Of a DNA stretch of 64,000 nt, positions 18,660-28,357 are shown in pieces. How positions within the stretch are numbered: the first letter of the stretch is position 1; each line of letters opens with the position of its first letter. The stretch is from Solirubrobacteraceae bacterium (lineage in GTDB: Bacteria; Actinomycetota; Thermoleophilia; Solirubrobacterales; Solirubrobacteraceae): NCBI GenBank assembly GCA_039583645.1, contig JAVKSP010000001.1, forward strand, positions 12,360 through 76,359, read 5' to 3'. The notes under the pieces were generated by a model. The model was not told the origin of the DNA and ran no database searches. It worked only from the letters and a program-made list of their open reading frames with translations. The position numbers were made by a program, and so were the translations under genes.

Positions 18660-19343
18660 TTAGGGATCGACAACGGGCGGGACAGGGCAAGACACGCATT
18701 CGCAGCTTTCGCCCTGCCATGACCGGCGCCCCTCCCAGAGGGCGAGCGCAGCGATACCGAGCGCGACCACGGGATCGAGCCACCAAAGCCCAAACAGATT
18801 GTTGGCAAGCAGGCCAGCTAGGACCGCGGCCGCGAGGTACGCGCAGATCAGGTTTTGACGTCCTTCTCCGGCCGTCGCCGACGATCCGAGTTGCGCGCCT
18901 AGCCGGAGCTTTGCGCGACCGAGCCAGGGGCAGATCGAAAGCGTCGCGACACACAGACCCACGCCCAGCCAGGTCGTATCGGCGTGGTGCTCGATCGCTA
19001 GCGCCCGCGTTGCCTCGTAGGCGATGTAGGGGGCCAGCAGGAAAAAGCTCACGGCGACCAGCCGCTGCGCCGTCCGCTCAGATGTGGCCGAGAGTGTGCG
19101 CGCACCCGAGAAGCGCCAGACGATGATGACGCTCGCCAATCCCTCGATCGCTCCATCCAGCCCGTTCCCGATCAGCGCAATCGACCCGGCGAGCAATCCG
19201 GCCGTCGTCGTTGCCGCCCCTTCGATGCAAAGCCACGCCAGAGAGACACTCGCTAGGCGACGAGCACGCCGCGCTGCGTCAAGCCACTCCTGACTCTTAC
19301 CGGAATCGACTTGCGGGGCGATTGTCCCCACATCGACGCTCAT
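18660..19343 (-). CDS. Cation-efflux (CDF-like) TM-only transporter, paralog with Cys-rich tail
   Basis: SIALIGNGLDGAIE, WWLDPVVAL, C-terminal CECVSC. Confidence 0.8.
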   Translation of the reverse strand: MSVDVGTIAPQVDSGKSQEWLDAARRARRLASVSLAWLCIEGAATTTAGLLAGSIALIGNGLDGAIEGLASVIIVWRFSGARTLSATSERTAQRLVAVSFFLLAPYIAYEATRALAIEHHADTTWLGVGLCVATLSICPWLGRAKLRLGAQLGSSATAGEGRQNLICAYLAAAVLAGLLANNLFGLWWLDPVVALGIAALALWEGRRSWQGESCECVSCPVPPVVDP

Positions 19344-19444
19344 GGACGTAAGGTAGCTGCACCCAGTGCCGTGAAAGAGTCACGGCTTCTGCCTCGATCA
19401 AACAGCAGCAGTCTCGGCCGTTTGCCCGATCGGCTACTGAGCCG

Positions 19445-19669
19445 TTAGCGGCGCTTGCGCGATGCGGTGGTCTGCTGCCTCTTGCCGCGCCGCTCGGCTC
19501 GTAGGGCACCGCCTGCGGGGGCGTAGATGCTCTCGTGGCCGTCGTCCCAGCGGATGCGATACCGCGGCGACGGATCACCCCGGAGGACTTCCTCGACAAC
19601 ACCGGGCCGAGGCTGGCGGCTCGTTGACTCGGCCTCGGCAACCACCCGATTCCCGACTTCAAAGGCCAT
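19445..19669 (-). CDS. DUF1918-like SH3-fold small protein
   Basis: VGNRVVA...GVVEEV...PRYRIRWDDGHESIYAP. Confidence 0.75.
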   Translation of the reverse strand: MAFEVGNRVVAEAESTSRQPRPGVVEEVLRGDPSPRYRIRWDDGHESIYAPAGGALRAERRGKRQQTTASRKRR

Positions 19670-19925
19670 TGCTACCCCTTCCACGTTCTATCTCGAACCT
19701 CGCACTAACGGTACTCCGCCGCCTCGAGTCCGCGCGCTTCTGGAGCGGCGCAATGCAAGGGGCTGGGGTCAGAGCGGTCGCGCCATGCGCGCGTTCCGGC
19801 GACGCAGCTGAATGTCGAGTCGATCGAGCAACACGAGTCTCAGGCACGCAGCTGCATCTGAGGAATAGGGGACGGTCAGCAATCCCACCCAAGACCGGAG
19901 CTCGTGGCCGGCCAGCGTGTCTTCG

Positions 19926-19978
19926 GACGCTTGCTGTCCAGGCACGCGCCGCGCTCAAGCGCACGCTCGCAATGCGAC
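19926..19978 (-). repeat. Bipartite A-26-B element
   Basis: A=GTCGCATTGCGAGCG, 26-bp spacer, B=ACAGCAAGCGTC. Confidence 0.75.
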
Positions 19979-20077
19979 GAGACGTAGCGTCTCGCGTCTG
20001 ACGCGGAGATGGGACGACCCCGAATGCGGCTGGACACCCGCTTTGGCTTGGTCGTGCTACTCCACCGGGGCTTCGTC

Positions 20078-20719
20078 TTAGTGGCGCAGTGCCGAGCCGA
20101 CTAGGCGTTTGAGTGTGGCGATCACTTGGGTCACTGGCGCCCATGAATGCAAAGTGATCGCGTAATTAACGCCAGCGGTGCGAAAGCAGAATGCGAGGTG
20201 GTCTCCCACCGCGCCGCCGCCCGCAAAGTAGGGAGGCGCCAGGACCAGCTGACCGGACTGGCCATACCACCGGACCTGCCCCAGAGACACAGCGTGCCTG
20301 CGCTTCTGGGCCAGCAGGCGATCATTCGGAGCCCGCGCTCGGTGTTCGTGCGGCCAGGTGCACTGCCAAGTATTCAGCGACGCAAGGATCACGAGGTGAC
20401 CGATAGGCGCGGGCTTCGGCGGGGCGCCCTCAAGGCCCCACAAGGCGCTTCGGCAGCGTTTGCTCGCGAGCGCAACCAGCGACCCGCCTGAATCCAGACA
20501 ACCTTTCTCTACGGCCGTGGGGCGGCCGCTCAGCAGCGGCACCCGCCGCGGGCACACGCTCCGCATGAACCTGATCTTCAAACAGGTTGCGAGCGCCTGT
20601 GCCGGAGTCGGCGCCAAGGGTAAGGCGACGCCCGGGGAAGCGCCGCCACACGCGGCAAGCACCAGGGCTAGCGCCAACACAGAGCCGGTCACGCCTCGCT
20701 TCGTCACCCCGACGAGCAT
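20078..20719 (-). CDS. Putative lipoprotein
   Basis: ATG 20719; VLALALVLAAC lipobox. Confidence 0.65.
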   Translation of the reverse strand: MLVGVTKRGVTGSVLALALVLAACGGASPGVALPLAPTPAQALATCLKIRFMRSVCPRRVPLLSGRPTAVEKGCLDSGGSLVALASKRCRSALWGLEGAPPKPAPIGHLVILASLNTWQCTWPHEHRARAPNDRLLAQKRRHAVSLGQVRWYGQSGQLVLAPPYFAGGGAVGDHLAFCFRTAGVNYAITLHSWAPVTQVIATLKRLVGSALRH

Positions 20720-20781
20720 CTCATCCCCGACGCTCGACCACCCTCGGCCGCGCGGAAGCTGCCACACGAAGCCCTCCACCC

Positions 20782-20835
20782 GGACGCTTCCTTTCACCAA
20801 GACGCCGTCGCCTCAGCGCGCTTCTCCTTCGCGAC
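20782..20835 (-). repeat. Bipartite A-26-B element
   Basis: A=GTCGCGAAGGAGAAG, 26-bp spacer, B=AAAGGAAGCGTCC. Confidence 0.78.
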
Positions 20836-20923
20836 GCGAGCGCGCGCTTGCTTGGGGCGATAAGAGGGCCGATCTGAGTCGTGCCCACCGCTAGGCACAC
20901 AAATGTTCGCTTTTCGGCGCCTG

Positions 20924-21406
20924 TCAGCGGACGCCGACTCGGAAGCGGCCCGTCCGCGACCGCCCCCTGCCGTGGTCGGCAACGGGCTCCCGGCCGTCGC
21001 TCGCGTCCCCGGCGACGATCAGGCCGCCGATGATGGGCAGGGCCCAACCGGGAGACGCCGGCATCGCCGTTACGAACGGCAGCCCCCAGGCCAGGACAAT
21101 CCCGCCAAGCCATCTCGGGACCCGGCGACCCCGGCGTGCCGAACATATGAGATGACCACCGAGTGTCAGCATCGGCCAGCCGAAGCTCCCTAACGTCTGC
21201 CAGAACGTCACCGCGCGCTCGGCTTCGGCGAGGGTGGTCGGCTCGTCGAGCGTGAAGGCGTTCCACCAGCCGTCCGCCCACACCTCTGAAAGATTCTTCC
21301 GTCGACGGACGGGAACAACGACGATATGGACAGCGCCGAAGATGACGGCCATCCACCCGGCCGTGGCGGTACGGTCGACCCTTCTGCCGCTCGCCTCGCA
21401 CCTCAT
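20924..21406 (-). CDS. Membrane protein (DUF6463-like)
   Basis: GAVHI, FWQTLGSFGWP, VPRWLG, ASPGW motifs recalled for this family. Confidence 0.6.
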   Translation of the reverse strand: MRCEASGRRVDRTATAGWMAVIFGAVHIVVVPVRRRKNLSEVWADGWWNAFTLDEPTTLAEAERAVTFWQTLGSFGWPMLTLGGHLICSARRGRRVPRWLGGIVLAWGLPFVTAMPASPGWALPIIGGLIVAGDASDGREPVADHGRGRSRTGRFRVGVR

Positions 21407-21500
21407 GCGCTTGCTCTACCCCAGACCACTTGGTCCTACCAGCCCCCTGCCGCGTCCGGCCATTCCCGCCGAGGCCATGGGGCTCACCGGGGTCGGCGCG

Positions 21501-21553
21501 GCACGCTCGCTTTCCGAAGCCGGGCACCCCAACGCTGACGCTCGGTTCGCGAC
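21501..21553 (-). repeat. Bipartite A-25-B element
   Basis: A=GTCGCGAACCGAGCG, 25-bp spacer, B=AAAGCGAGCGTGC. Confidence 0.82.
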
Positions 21554-21690
21554 GGATTCAGCACTCTCGACTGGCGGAGCAAGGGTGCTCCGTATCGATC
21601 GGAGCGACAGTGAGGACCTGGGTTGGGGAGTCGATCTGCTGGGGACGTCGGGAGTTCCCCTTGTGCCGCTCGCAGCTGGCCGAGGCTTTC

Positions 21691-23001
21691 TCAGCGGTCG
21701 CCGGTCGTGGCTGTCCAGCCGTGGTCGGTCCAGCGTTCGATCAGTGGCTTGCCGAAGGGGCTGCCGGCGCTAAAGCTGCCTGTCGCCCACACGGTCGATG
21801 GCGAAGCGGCCGACACTGCGTGAAGGATGTTTTGCTCGCCGTGACAGCAGGCGGAGCCGCCGGGGTTCGGGCTGGCTACCTGCTTCCACGCGCGGCCGTT
21901 CCAATGCTCGATCAGCGTGTTGAGCGCCGGGTCTACGTTTGCCTTGTTCGCAACGACGTAGTCGCCCACCGCCCAGGCGTCGGAGGAGCCGGAAGCGCTG
22001 ACAGCGTAGAAGTCGCTGCCGTGTGAGCCGGGCGGTATGGGGCTGGCTACCTGGCTCCACGCGCGGCCGTTCCAGCGTTCGACCAGTATCTGGTCCACGT
22101 CATGACCCTTGTTGCCCACTGCCCAGGCATCACCCGAGGGCGTGGTGGCAACTGCATTGAGGGCGCTACAGCAGCCGGGGCTTGGGGCGGCCACCTGCCT
22201 CCACGCGCGACCGTTCCAGCGCACGATCAGGGTCCTGGGGTGGGTCCTCCTCTGGTTGCTGATGTGGCGATAGACGCCAACCGCCCACGCTCCGGATGGG
22301 CCGCTAGCGGCGACGCCGCCTAGGGTGCTGTAGCCTGGCGAGCCGCCCGGACTGGGGCTGGCCACCTGCTTCCATGCGCGGCCGTTCCAACGCTCGATCA
22401 AGGTCTTGGTGTTGACGTGCGGGTCGCGGGGATTCGAGCCGGTGACGTGCTCAGCGGAGCCAACCGCCCAAGCGCTGGACGACCCGGCAGCGGCGACTGA
22501 TGTCAGGGTGCTGTCGTCGTGAGGGCCACCCGGGCTGGGGCTGGGCACCTGCCTCCACGCGCGGCCGTTCCAGTGCGCGATCAGCGTCTTGAGCATATGC
22601 CCGTTGCTGTAGTAGCCAACCGCCCAGGCATCAGCGCGGCCGGCAACCGAGACGGCGCTGAGAACGCTGCAGTACCGGCCGCCCGGGTTTGGGCTCGCCA
22701 CCTTCCCCCACGCGCGGCCGTTCCAACGCTCGATCAGCGCCTGGCCGCCGGCAGTCTCCCCCACAGCCCAGACCTCGGAGCGAGAGGCGGCAGCCACACC
22801 GTTCAGCGTGTTATCCGGAATCGAAGACCACGCCTGGGTCACGCACAGGCGCTGCCTTCCCCTCCCGGGCGAAGCCCCGCGGCGGACGCCCGTCGGACGC
22901 GGCACCGTAGGCGAACCGCGATCAAACCCACCAGCGAGGGCGGCGGCCCCAACTCCCAGCCAAACCACGGCCGCGAGGGCAACCATCCACCTGAAAAACA
23001 T
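21691..23001 (-). CDS. Secreted repeat protein (WAVG...LIERWNGRAW repeats, probable beta-propeller)
   Basis: Signal peptide plus about seven WAVG/LIxxWNG repeats, visible in DNA as recurring CGCGGCCGTTCCA. Confidence 0.8.
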   Translation of the reverse strand: MFFRWMVALAAVVWLGVGAAALAGGFDRGSPTVPRPTGVRRGASPGRGRQRLCVTQAWSSIPDNTLNGVAAASRSEVWAVGETAGGQALIERWNGRAWGKVASPNPGGRYCSVLSAVSVAGRADAWAVGYYSNGHMLKTLIAHWNGRAWRQVPSPSPGGPHDDSTLTSVAAAGSSSAWAVGSAEHVTGSNPRDPHVNTKTLIERWNGRAWKQVASPSPGGSPGYSTLGGVAASGPSGAWAVGVYRHISNQRRTHPRTLIVRWNGRAWRQVAAPSPGCCSALNAVATTPSGDAWAVGNKGHDVDQILVERWNGRAWSQVASPIPPGSHGSDFYAVSASGSSDAWAVGDYVVANKANVDPALNTLIEHWNGRAWKQVASPNPGGSACCHGEQNILHAVSAASPSTVWATGSFSAGSPFGKPLIERWTDHGWTATTGDR

Positions 23002-23133
23002 CCGCGTCACAGACCTCGGCCCGATCGAACACAAACACTACGCGACACGACCTCACCCATCACACCCTGTACTCGATCGATGCAGCAGTCTGGGCGAGTC
23101 TCGACCACCATGCCAGATCGCCATCCGGGCAGG

Positions 23134-23164
23134 AAAAAAGGAGCGCCAGCCGGTTTCCGGCTGG
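23134..23164 (-). terminator. Possible intrinsic terminator
   Basis: Minus strand CCAGCCGG-AAA-CCGGCTGG then CGCTCC and TTTTTT, 73 bp after the 23237 stop; the gap before the U-tract is atypical. Confidence 0.35.
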
Positions 23165-23236
23165 TAGGTACGAGCTGCCCGTCCTCCGATACCCGGGTCG
23201 CGACGTGGGCTGTTAGATCGTCCTTGATTTGTGGAC

Positions 23237-23677
23237 CTATACGGGTGGACCTCCGTGCCACTCCCACGCCTGGCAGCTCACGGCGCTGCGGGACTTCAAG
23301 ATCAACGGGCGGGCGATCCCCCGCCATATCGCAACACCCGAGCCCGCCTTGGTGCTGCTTGGCGGGACATACAAGCCAGCGATGGGATCGACTACCAGCC
23401 GCGCTTGAGAGATCTGACGACCGGAGCTGTTGAACGCCGACAGGCGGCATTCCTCGACATACACGGCTTGGTGGCCCCGGTTGGTCACCCGGACCCGGTA
23501 GACGGAGAAGCAGCCCTGCTGCGTGCAGCGCCCGAGCCGGAAAGACGGGAGCACCACACGCATCGGCTCGTGGACGATCGAGGCGACGTGTCGCTCACCA
23601 CTCGAACAGGAGACAGCGACAAACAGGATTACGACGAGTCCCAAGGGCTGCAGCAGGCTTTTCACTGCGGGTCCCAT
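23237..23677 (-). CDS. Putative lipoprotein
   Basis: LGLVVILFVAVSC lipobox; beta-rich body with Cys pairs. Confidence 0.6.
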   Translation of the reverse strand: MGPAVKSLLQPLGLVVILFVAVSCSSGERHVASIVHEPMRVVLPSFRLGRCTQQGCFSVYRVRVTNRGHQAVYVEECRLSAFNSSGRQISQARLVVDPIAGLYVPPSSTKAGSGVAIWRGIARPLILKSRSAVSCQAWEWHGGPPV

Positions 23678-23826
23678 GTCACCCACTCGAAACTTGACAC
23701 CAGATGGCTCAGCGGTTCACCGGTAACAGCCTGCAGCAATGCTACGTCGCTGCTCTCCAATCGGACCAAGAGCGGTCAGTGGATAAGTATGTGATAACCG
23801 GCGCTGGCGAGCGTAGTGTGCGGTAG

Positions 23827-24252
23827 ATGGCGCGGAGGGCCTGGATCGTTTCAATCGTGCTGGCGGCTCTGGGAGCGCTTGCCGCGGGGCTCACTGTCGG
23901 CGCCTCCGCGGCGGCTCGCCCGGCGCGCCGCACCGCAGTCGTGTCCGGCTACGTCGAGCTGTGCGGCGGCCCAGCCCCCGGCCACTGCTGGAAGGGGAAA
24001 ATCGGCTTCTGCGAGGCTCCCACGGGTTGCGTGACCTCAGACCGCGTGGCTGCGGTCAACGCCTCTGGGCGCCGGGTCGCGACCCAGAAGCTCCATCACG
24101 CGCGCTTCAAGCTCCATCTCGTTCCCGGTCGGTACACGATCGAGCTACTCGGTGACGGCAAGCGGGTGCACGGTCAGGTGATGCAACGCAAGAAAGTCCG
24201 GGCTCGGGCTCATCGCACCACCACCGTCCGCTTTCTCTTCAGTGTCCCCTAG
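23827..24252 (+). CDS. Secreted protein with prealbumin/carboxypeptidase-regulatory-like beta domain
   Basis: Signal peptide; VSGYVELCGGP and FKLHLVPGRYTI; TAGTGT -10 lies 7 nt before the ATG. Confidence 0.72.
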   Translation: MARRAWIVSIVLAALGALAAGLTVGASAAARPARRTAVVSGYVELCGGPAPGHCWKGKIGFCEAPTGCVTSDRVAAVNASGRRVATQKLHHARFKLHLVPGRYTIELLGDGKRVHGQVMQRKKVRARAHRTTTVRFLFSVP

Positions 24253-24361
24253 GCTCACGCCGAAGGCGGACGCCGGCTAGGTCGCTTCCGCTCCGCGCTA
24301 CAGCGAGCTGTCTGCGTGAGGACGACCCGCAGCTCCTTTTTTATGGAACGCGGCACTCTCG

Positions 24362-24416
24362 CCGACGCTCGCTTTGCCGTGTTGACCGACATTTGAGCGG
24401 ACGACTCCTTCGCGAC
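24362..24416 (-). repeat. Bipartite A-26-B element
   Basis: A=GTCGCGAAGGAGTCG, 26-bp spacer, B=AAAGCGAGCGTCGG. Confidence 0.85.
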
Positions 24417-24539
24417 GAATCCACGCGCGGCGGCATCGGCCGAGTGTGAGGTGTCGGAAAGCTGCGGCCGAACGCCTTGCGAGCCGGTCGTTGAGGACTC
24501 ATAGTCCGCGGTCAAGGGATCCAACGAGAGGAGAGCGTG

Positions 24540-24893
24540 ATGGCCGTTGCAGCGCCTCGGTATGTCGTCCATCGTGCGGACGCGATCGAGTATCAGCCGA
24601 TGTTCATCGACGGTTCGCAGGTCGGCGATGACCATGTGCTTCGAAGCGAAGGTTCTCACGGCAATGAGCACGAGGCGTCCCTTTGGCGCACTGGCGCTCC
24701 GGCGCGGTACGAGTACTTGTTTCCCGGGGACGAGTCGTTCTATGTCCTAGAGGGCTCGGTGGCTATCGACCTCGTGGCGACGGGTGAGCGCGTCGAACTC
24801 AAGGCAGGCGACATCGCCTCGTTTCCGAAGGGCACACGGTCGGTCTGGACGTTCAGCGAGCCGTTCAAGAAGTTCACCGTCATTTCGAACTGA
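24540..24893 (+). CDS. Cupin domain protein (EutQ/DUF861-like)
   Basis: SLWRT..DESFYVLEGSV..ELKAGDIASFPKG..WTFSEPFKKF. Confidence 0.85.
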   Translation: MAVAAPRYVVHRADAIEYQPMFIDGSQVGDDHVLRSEGSHGNEHEASLWRTGAPARYEYLFPGDESFYVLEGSVAIDLVATGERVELKAGDIASFPKGTRSVWTFSEPFKKFTVISN

Positions 24894-24937
24894 ACCGCGG
24901 CGCGTTTCGCTTCAAGCTCAACGCGAAGGCCAGCGGG

Positions 24938-24989
24938 GCTCTCGCATTCATTGACGCGATCGACTGCGGCCGGACTGTCGCTTGGCGAC
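24938..24989 (-). repeat. Bipartite element, degenerate B
   Basis: CGCTCGC followed by A=GTCGCCAAGCGACAG, about 26-bp spacer, B about AATGCGAGAGC. Confidence 0.5.
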
Positions 24990-25043
24990 GCGAGCGGGCA
25001 TGTTGGCGCGGTGGCCGTGCAATCGATCAACGGGTAGTTTGGA

Positions 25044-26015
25044 ATGGTGGCTGAGCAGCGCAACCGAGCGCCCGAGCCGCTCGTGCGGGTGCGCGATGAG
25101 AGCATGATCGTGCAACTCGCCCGTCAGGTGGCGACGCGGCACGGCGATCCCTATCCGGAGCTGATCCAGCACGCCGTCGGGTCCCGGGAGGAGGTCACGC
25201 GGACGACCGGATCGATCGTATTCAGCGACGAGCCGTCTTACATCATCGTGATCAAGGGCAAGTTTCGAGCTCGCCGGCCAAGCGGCCCACGGCCTGCGTC
25301 TCCCCGAAAGCCGGCGTTCGTCTCCTACCCATTCCAGGTGCTCGTCGTGAACATGGCAACGGGGCTGGTGACCGACAGCGGCTCGACGCACGCATGCCCC
25401 GATCTGACGCCGCTTGGGCCAGTTATCACCGACCACCCGGTCGCGCCCGATGGCGAGCGCACGGTGGGCGCGGATCTGCTTTCAGCGCTGATGGATAGGT
25501 CAACGCGCGTGGAAGAGATAGTGGAGGTGCGTTACCGGGGCCCCGCGACGGTCGGCTCTCCGGGGCGCGCGCGACTTCACGGGCGCGATGGTGGCATTGC
25601 TGGGCTCGTCTGGTACGCGCTTGGGCAGTCGGGATGGCTCGGGCATACCGTCCATCTGAAGCCAACCCTCGAAGTGACGATCCGCGTGGCGCCGGTTCGG
25701 CCCGGCGAGCGGCCCGCTCCGCCGCGCTTCGCGCCCCTGCCAGGCGGACCCCGGCGTCGGGGCGAGTCCGGCGTCGTGAGCGAAGACGGGACCGTCACCT
25801 ACAAGTACGCGGGGTCACTGCACCCGCGGGCCGCAGGGCCCGGCGTGCGGCTGGTCGAGACTGAGGGCCATGCCGAGGACTTCGACGCCTTCGAAGACAT
25901 GCTCTACAGGGCAGCTGCCCAAGCAGACTGGCTGTCCGTCCGCGAGGACAAACAATCAAGCGGCGAGGTGCCGGACGCCGAAATTCTCATCCGGCTCCTG
26001 CGCCGCCCACCCTAA
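25044..26015 (+). CDS. Hypothetical protein
   Basis: 323-aa GC3-rich ORF filling the gap between two repeat elements; no motif recognised. Confidence 0.6.
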   Translation: MVAEQRNRAPEPLVRVRDESMIVQLARQVATRHGDPYPELIQHAVGSREEVTRTTGSIVFSDEPSYIIVIKGKFRARRPSGPRPASPRKPAFVSYPFQVLVVNMATGLVTDSGSTHACPDLTPLGPVITDHPVAPDGERTVGADLLSALMDRSTRVEEIVEVRYRGPATVGSPGRARLHGRDGGIAGLVWYALGQSGWLGHTVHLKPTLEVTIRVAPVRPGERPAPPRFAPLPGGPRRRGESGVVSEDGTVTYKYAGSLHPRAAGPGVRLVETEGHAEDFDAFEDMLYRAAAQADWLSVREDKQSSGEVPDAEILIRLLRRPP

Positions 26016-26063
26016 CCTCGACCGCCGTCCCCCGACCGAAACAGCCGGCGCGCGACAGCGGCC

Positions 26064-26116
26064 GGCTTCTGCTTTCGTTGGACCAGGCACTCGCCGAGTC
26101 GCTCCCGCTTCGCGAC
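26064..26116 (-). repeat. Bipartite A-26-B element
   Basis: A=GTCGCGAAGCGGGAG, 26-bp spacer, B=AAAGCAGAAGCC. Confidence 0.75.
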
Positions 26117-26243
26117 GGATCCAGGAGGTGGGCAGTTCGGGAGGGAGGGTGCTCGACGTCGATTCATGTGGGAGGGCAGGGGCCTTCCTGCGGCTCCGTG
26201 TCGAGTTCGAGGAATCGGGGGGCGTGGAGTTGCCCGCGCGCTG

Positions 26244-27452
26244 CTATTTCGGCGCGCGGTTGTTCTCTTGCCACAGGAGGTTGGTATGGCCGCGGCTCAC
26301 GGAGAGCAGCTGTTGGTGGTCCTCGAAGCCAGTGTTGCCAGGAATCTCATCGGCGTACAGCGATCCGCTTGCCGCGAAGGCGAAGTAGGTCAGCCAGAAG
26401 TAGTCGCCGTGTATCACCTTGCTGAATCTAAAGGTCGGCACGAGGCGCCGGTTGATGATTCTCAGCAGGGTTGGCCCGTCCTCTGCATACACCGCTCCGT
26501 TGGGCGCGCGTTCGAGCAGGGAGTAGTCGCCGCCGCTGCGTCGTGCGCCGGAGCCCGGGCCGACCTCGCGCGCGGCGCCGCCTGGCCCGACCTGCCAGAC
26601 CGACCAGCCGTTGAAGCCGGCTAGGTCGATGTTGCCGCGCGCATCGACCGCGATCGGTCCGAAGTCGCCAACCTGTTGGCCTCGCAAGGAGCCAGAGCGG
26701 ACGACGGCTCGCACCGTAGCGAGGGTGTCGCGGCCGGTCAGGCGGAGGATCTGTGAGCGGGCCGTGCGGCTGCCGCCGGTCGAGATGTAGAGCTGTCCGC
26801 TAGGACTGAGCGCGATCGAGAGCGGGTTCCCGCTCATAGCGATCTGCTGCGCGATCGACTGCGCGGAGCCGAGCGGTGCCGAGCGCGCTTCGGTGCCGTT
26901 GGCAACCGGCTGCGCTGGCCGTCCGTCGCCGACGATTGTGCGGATGATGCCGTCCCGGCCGACCACCCGCACGCGCCCGCCATCGGCGATGTAGAGGGCG
27001 CCGCTGGGGGCGAACACCAGGTCGGACACGTCCGAGAGCTCCGCGCGCACGGCCGGACCGCCATCACCGGAGAAGCCGACCTTGCCGTTACCCGCGACGA
27101 CGCGGAAGCGCCCGTCGGGCAGCCGGACAAGTATGCGCTCGCGCGCGACATCCGTGACGTAGAGCACACCATCGGGGGCCACGGCCAGCGCACCGGCCAG
27201 CGTAAGCCTCGCGTAGTGCCCGTTGGGCAGTACCCCGGCGCTGGTAGTGCTAGAGCTCGGCGTCGTGCCGCCGCCTACGCTGGCGAGCACGACGATCGCC
27301 ACGATCGCGCTGATCGCGCTCGCGGCGATCAGAGTCCCAGTTATCCAGCGCCGCCGCCGTAGGCGCCGAGCCTCCGGAAACAGGGCCTCCTCGTCCGGCG
27401 GAAAGGGTGAAGCGATGGGCGGAGTAGAGGTCTCGATCGTCACGGCATGCAC
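26244..27452 (-). CDS. Membrane-anchored NHL-repeat-like beta-propeller protein
   Basis: EEALFPEARRLRRRRW plus TM; VAGNGKVGFSGDGGPA, APSGALYIAD, SPSGQLYIS repeats. Confidence 0.78.
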   Translation of the reverse strand: MHAVTIETSTPPIASPFPPDEEALFPEARRLRRRRWITGTLIAASAISAIVAIVVLASVGGGTTPSSSTTSAGVLPNGHYARLTLAGALAVAPDGVLYVTDVARERILVRLPDGRFRVVAGNGKVGFSGDGGPAVRAELSDVSDLVFAPSGALYIADGGRVRVVGRDGIIRTIVGDGRPAQPVANGTEARSAPLGSAQSIAQQIAMSGNPLSIALSPSGQLYISTGGSRTARSQILRLTGRDTLATVRAVVRSGSLRGQQVGDFGPIAVDARGNIDLAGFNGWSVWQVGPGGAAREVGPGSGARRSGGDYSLLERAPNGAVYAEDGPTLLRIINRRLVPTFRFSKVIHGDYFWLTYFAFAASGSLYADEIPGNTGFEDHQQLLSVSRGHTNLLWQENNRAPK

Positions 27453-27463
27453 ACCAAGCCATC

Positions 27464-27483
27464 GCTAATGGTGCTAGATTAGC
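27464..27483. promoter_or_regulatory. Inverted repeat GCTAAT-N8-ATTAGC, candidate GntR operator
   Basis: Lies in the 38-bp gap between the divergent genes and overlaps a TAGATT -10 box. Confidence 0.4.
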
Positions 27484-27490
27484 CATCACC

Positions 27491-27859
27491 ATGTGGAAAA
27501 GCAAGATCGACCCTACCGAGCCCACACCGCTCTACCTCCAAGTCGCGGCGGAGATACGCCGCGCAATCGCCGAGGGCGAGGCCGAACCAGGCGAGCGCCT
27601 GCCGCTCGCGAAAGACCTCGCCAAAGTGCTAGACGTCAACACCAACACGGTCCTACATGCGCTGCGCACCCTACGCGACGAGGGCCTGCTCGAGTTTCGT
27701 CGCGGCCGCGGCATCACTGTCGCCGGCACACCCGAACGCGGCGCCGTCCTGCGCCGCGTCAACGAACTCGTGGACTTCGCCCGCGCACACGGATACCGAC
27801 GCGAGGAACTCGTCGGCATGATCGAACACGCACCCTGGCCCAGAACCGAGACCGGCTGA
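27491..27859 (+). CDS. GntR family regulator (short, YtrA-like)
   Basis: PLYLQVAAEIRRAI, GERLP, VNTNTVLHALRTLRDEGLLEFRRGRG. Confidence 0.93.
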   Translation: MWKSKIDPTEPTPLYLQVAAEIRRAIAEGEAEPGERLPLAKDLAKVLDVNTNTVLHALRTLRDEGLLEFRRGRGITVAGTPERGAVLRRVNELVDFARAHGYRREELVGMIEHAPWPRTETG

Positions 27860-27983
27860 CCCGCCGCTGCAAAGCACGGAGAGGAACAGCACAACGTTCG
27901 GTCAGGACGCGGATGGATGGAGCAACAAGGTGTCCGGCTTTCGGAGGCTGAGCTCTCCTTTCGGGTAATTCGGCAGCTCCCAC

Positions 27984-28035
27984 GGCGCTTCCTTTCATCG
28001 CCCCGACTCCGTCGACCGCACTTCTGCTTTGCGAC
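27984..28035 (-). repeat. Bipartite A-25-B element
   Basis: A=GTCGCAAAGCAGAAG, 25-bp spacer, B=AAAGGAAGCGCC. Confidence 0.72.
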
Positions 28036-28357
28036 GCGAGCAGGCGTGTTACCTGGTCGCGGGTGTTTGAGTCTGGATGAGGCGTCCAGTTCCGTTGGTA
28101 GCGCTCTTCGGCGACTCGAAGCGAAGCGCGTGTCCGATGACTGAACCGTTGGTTGGACTATGTCCGTAAGCAGATGAGTGACAGTCAGACCAGGGCTCGT
28201 GCAGCCTCGGTGGAGAGGAAGCCCAAGACCACGGCCGTCTCGATTGAGGCGTAGCCGTGACCCGCGGCTGGCACGAATTGCCAGTTGGTGCAACCGCTTA
28301 TCCACGTGGAGCGTCTAATAGGTTTGTGATAGGGCCAGTCGAGGAACGGGGTGGACC

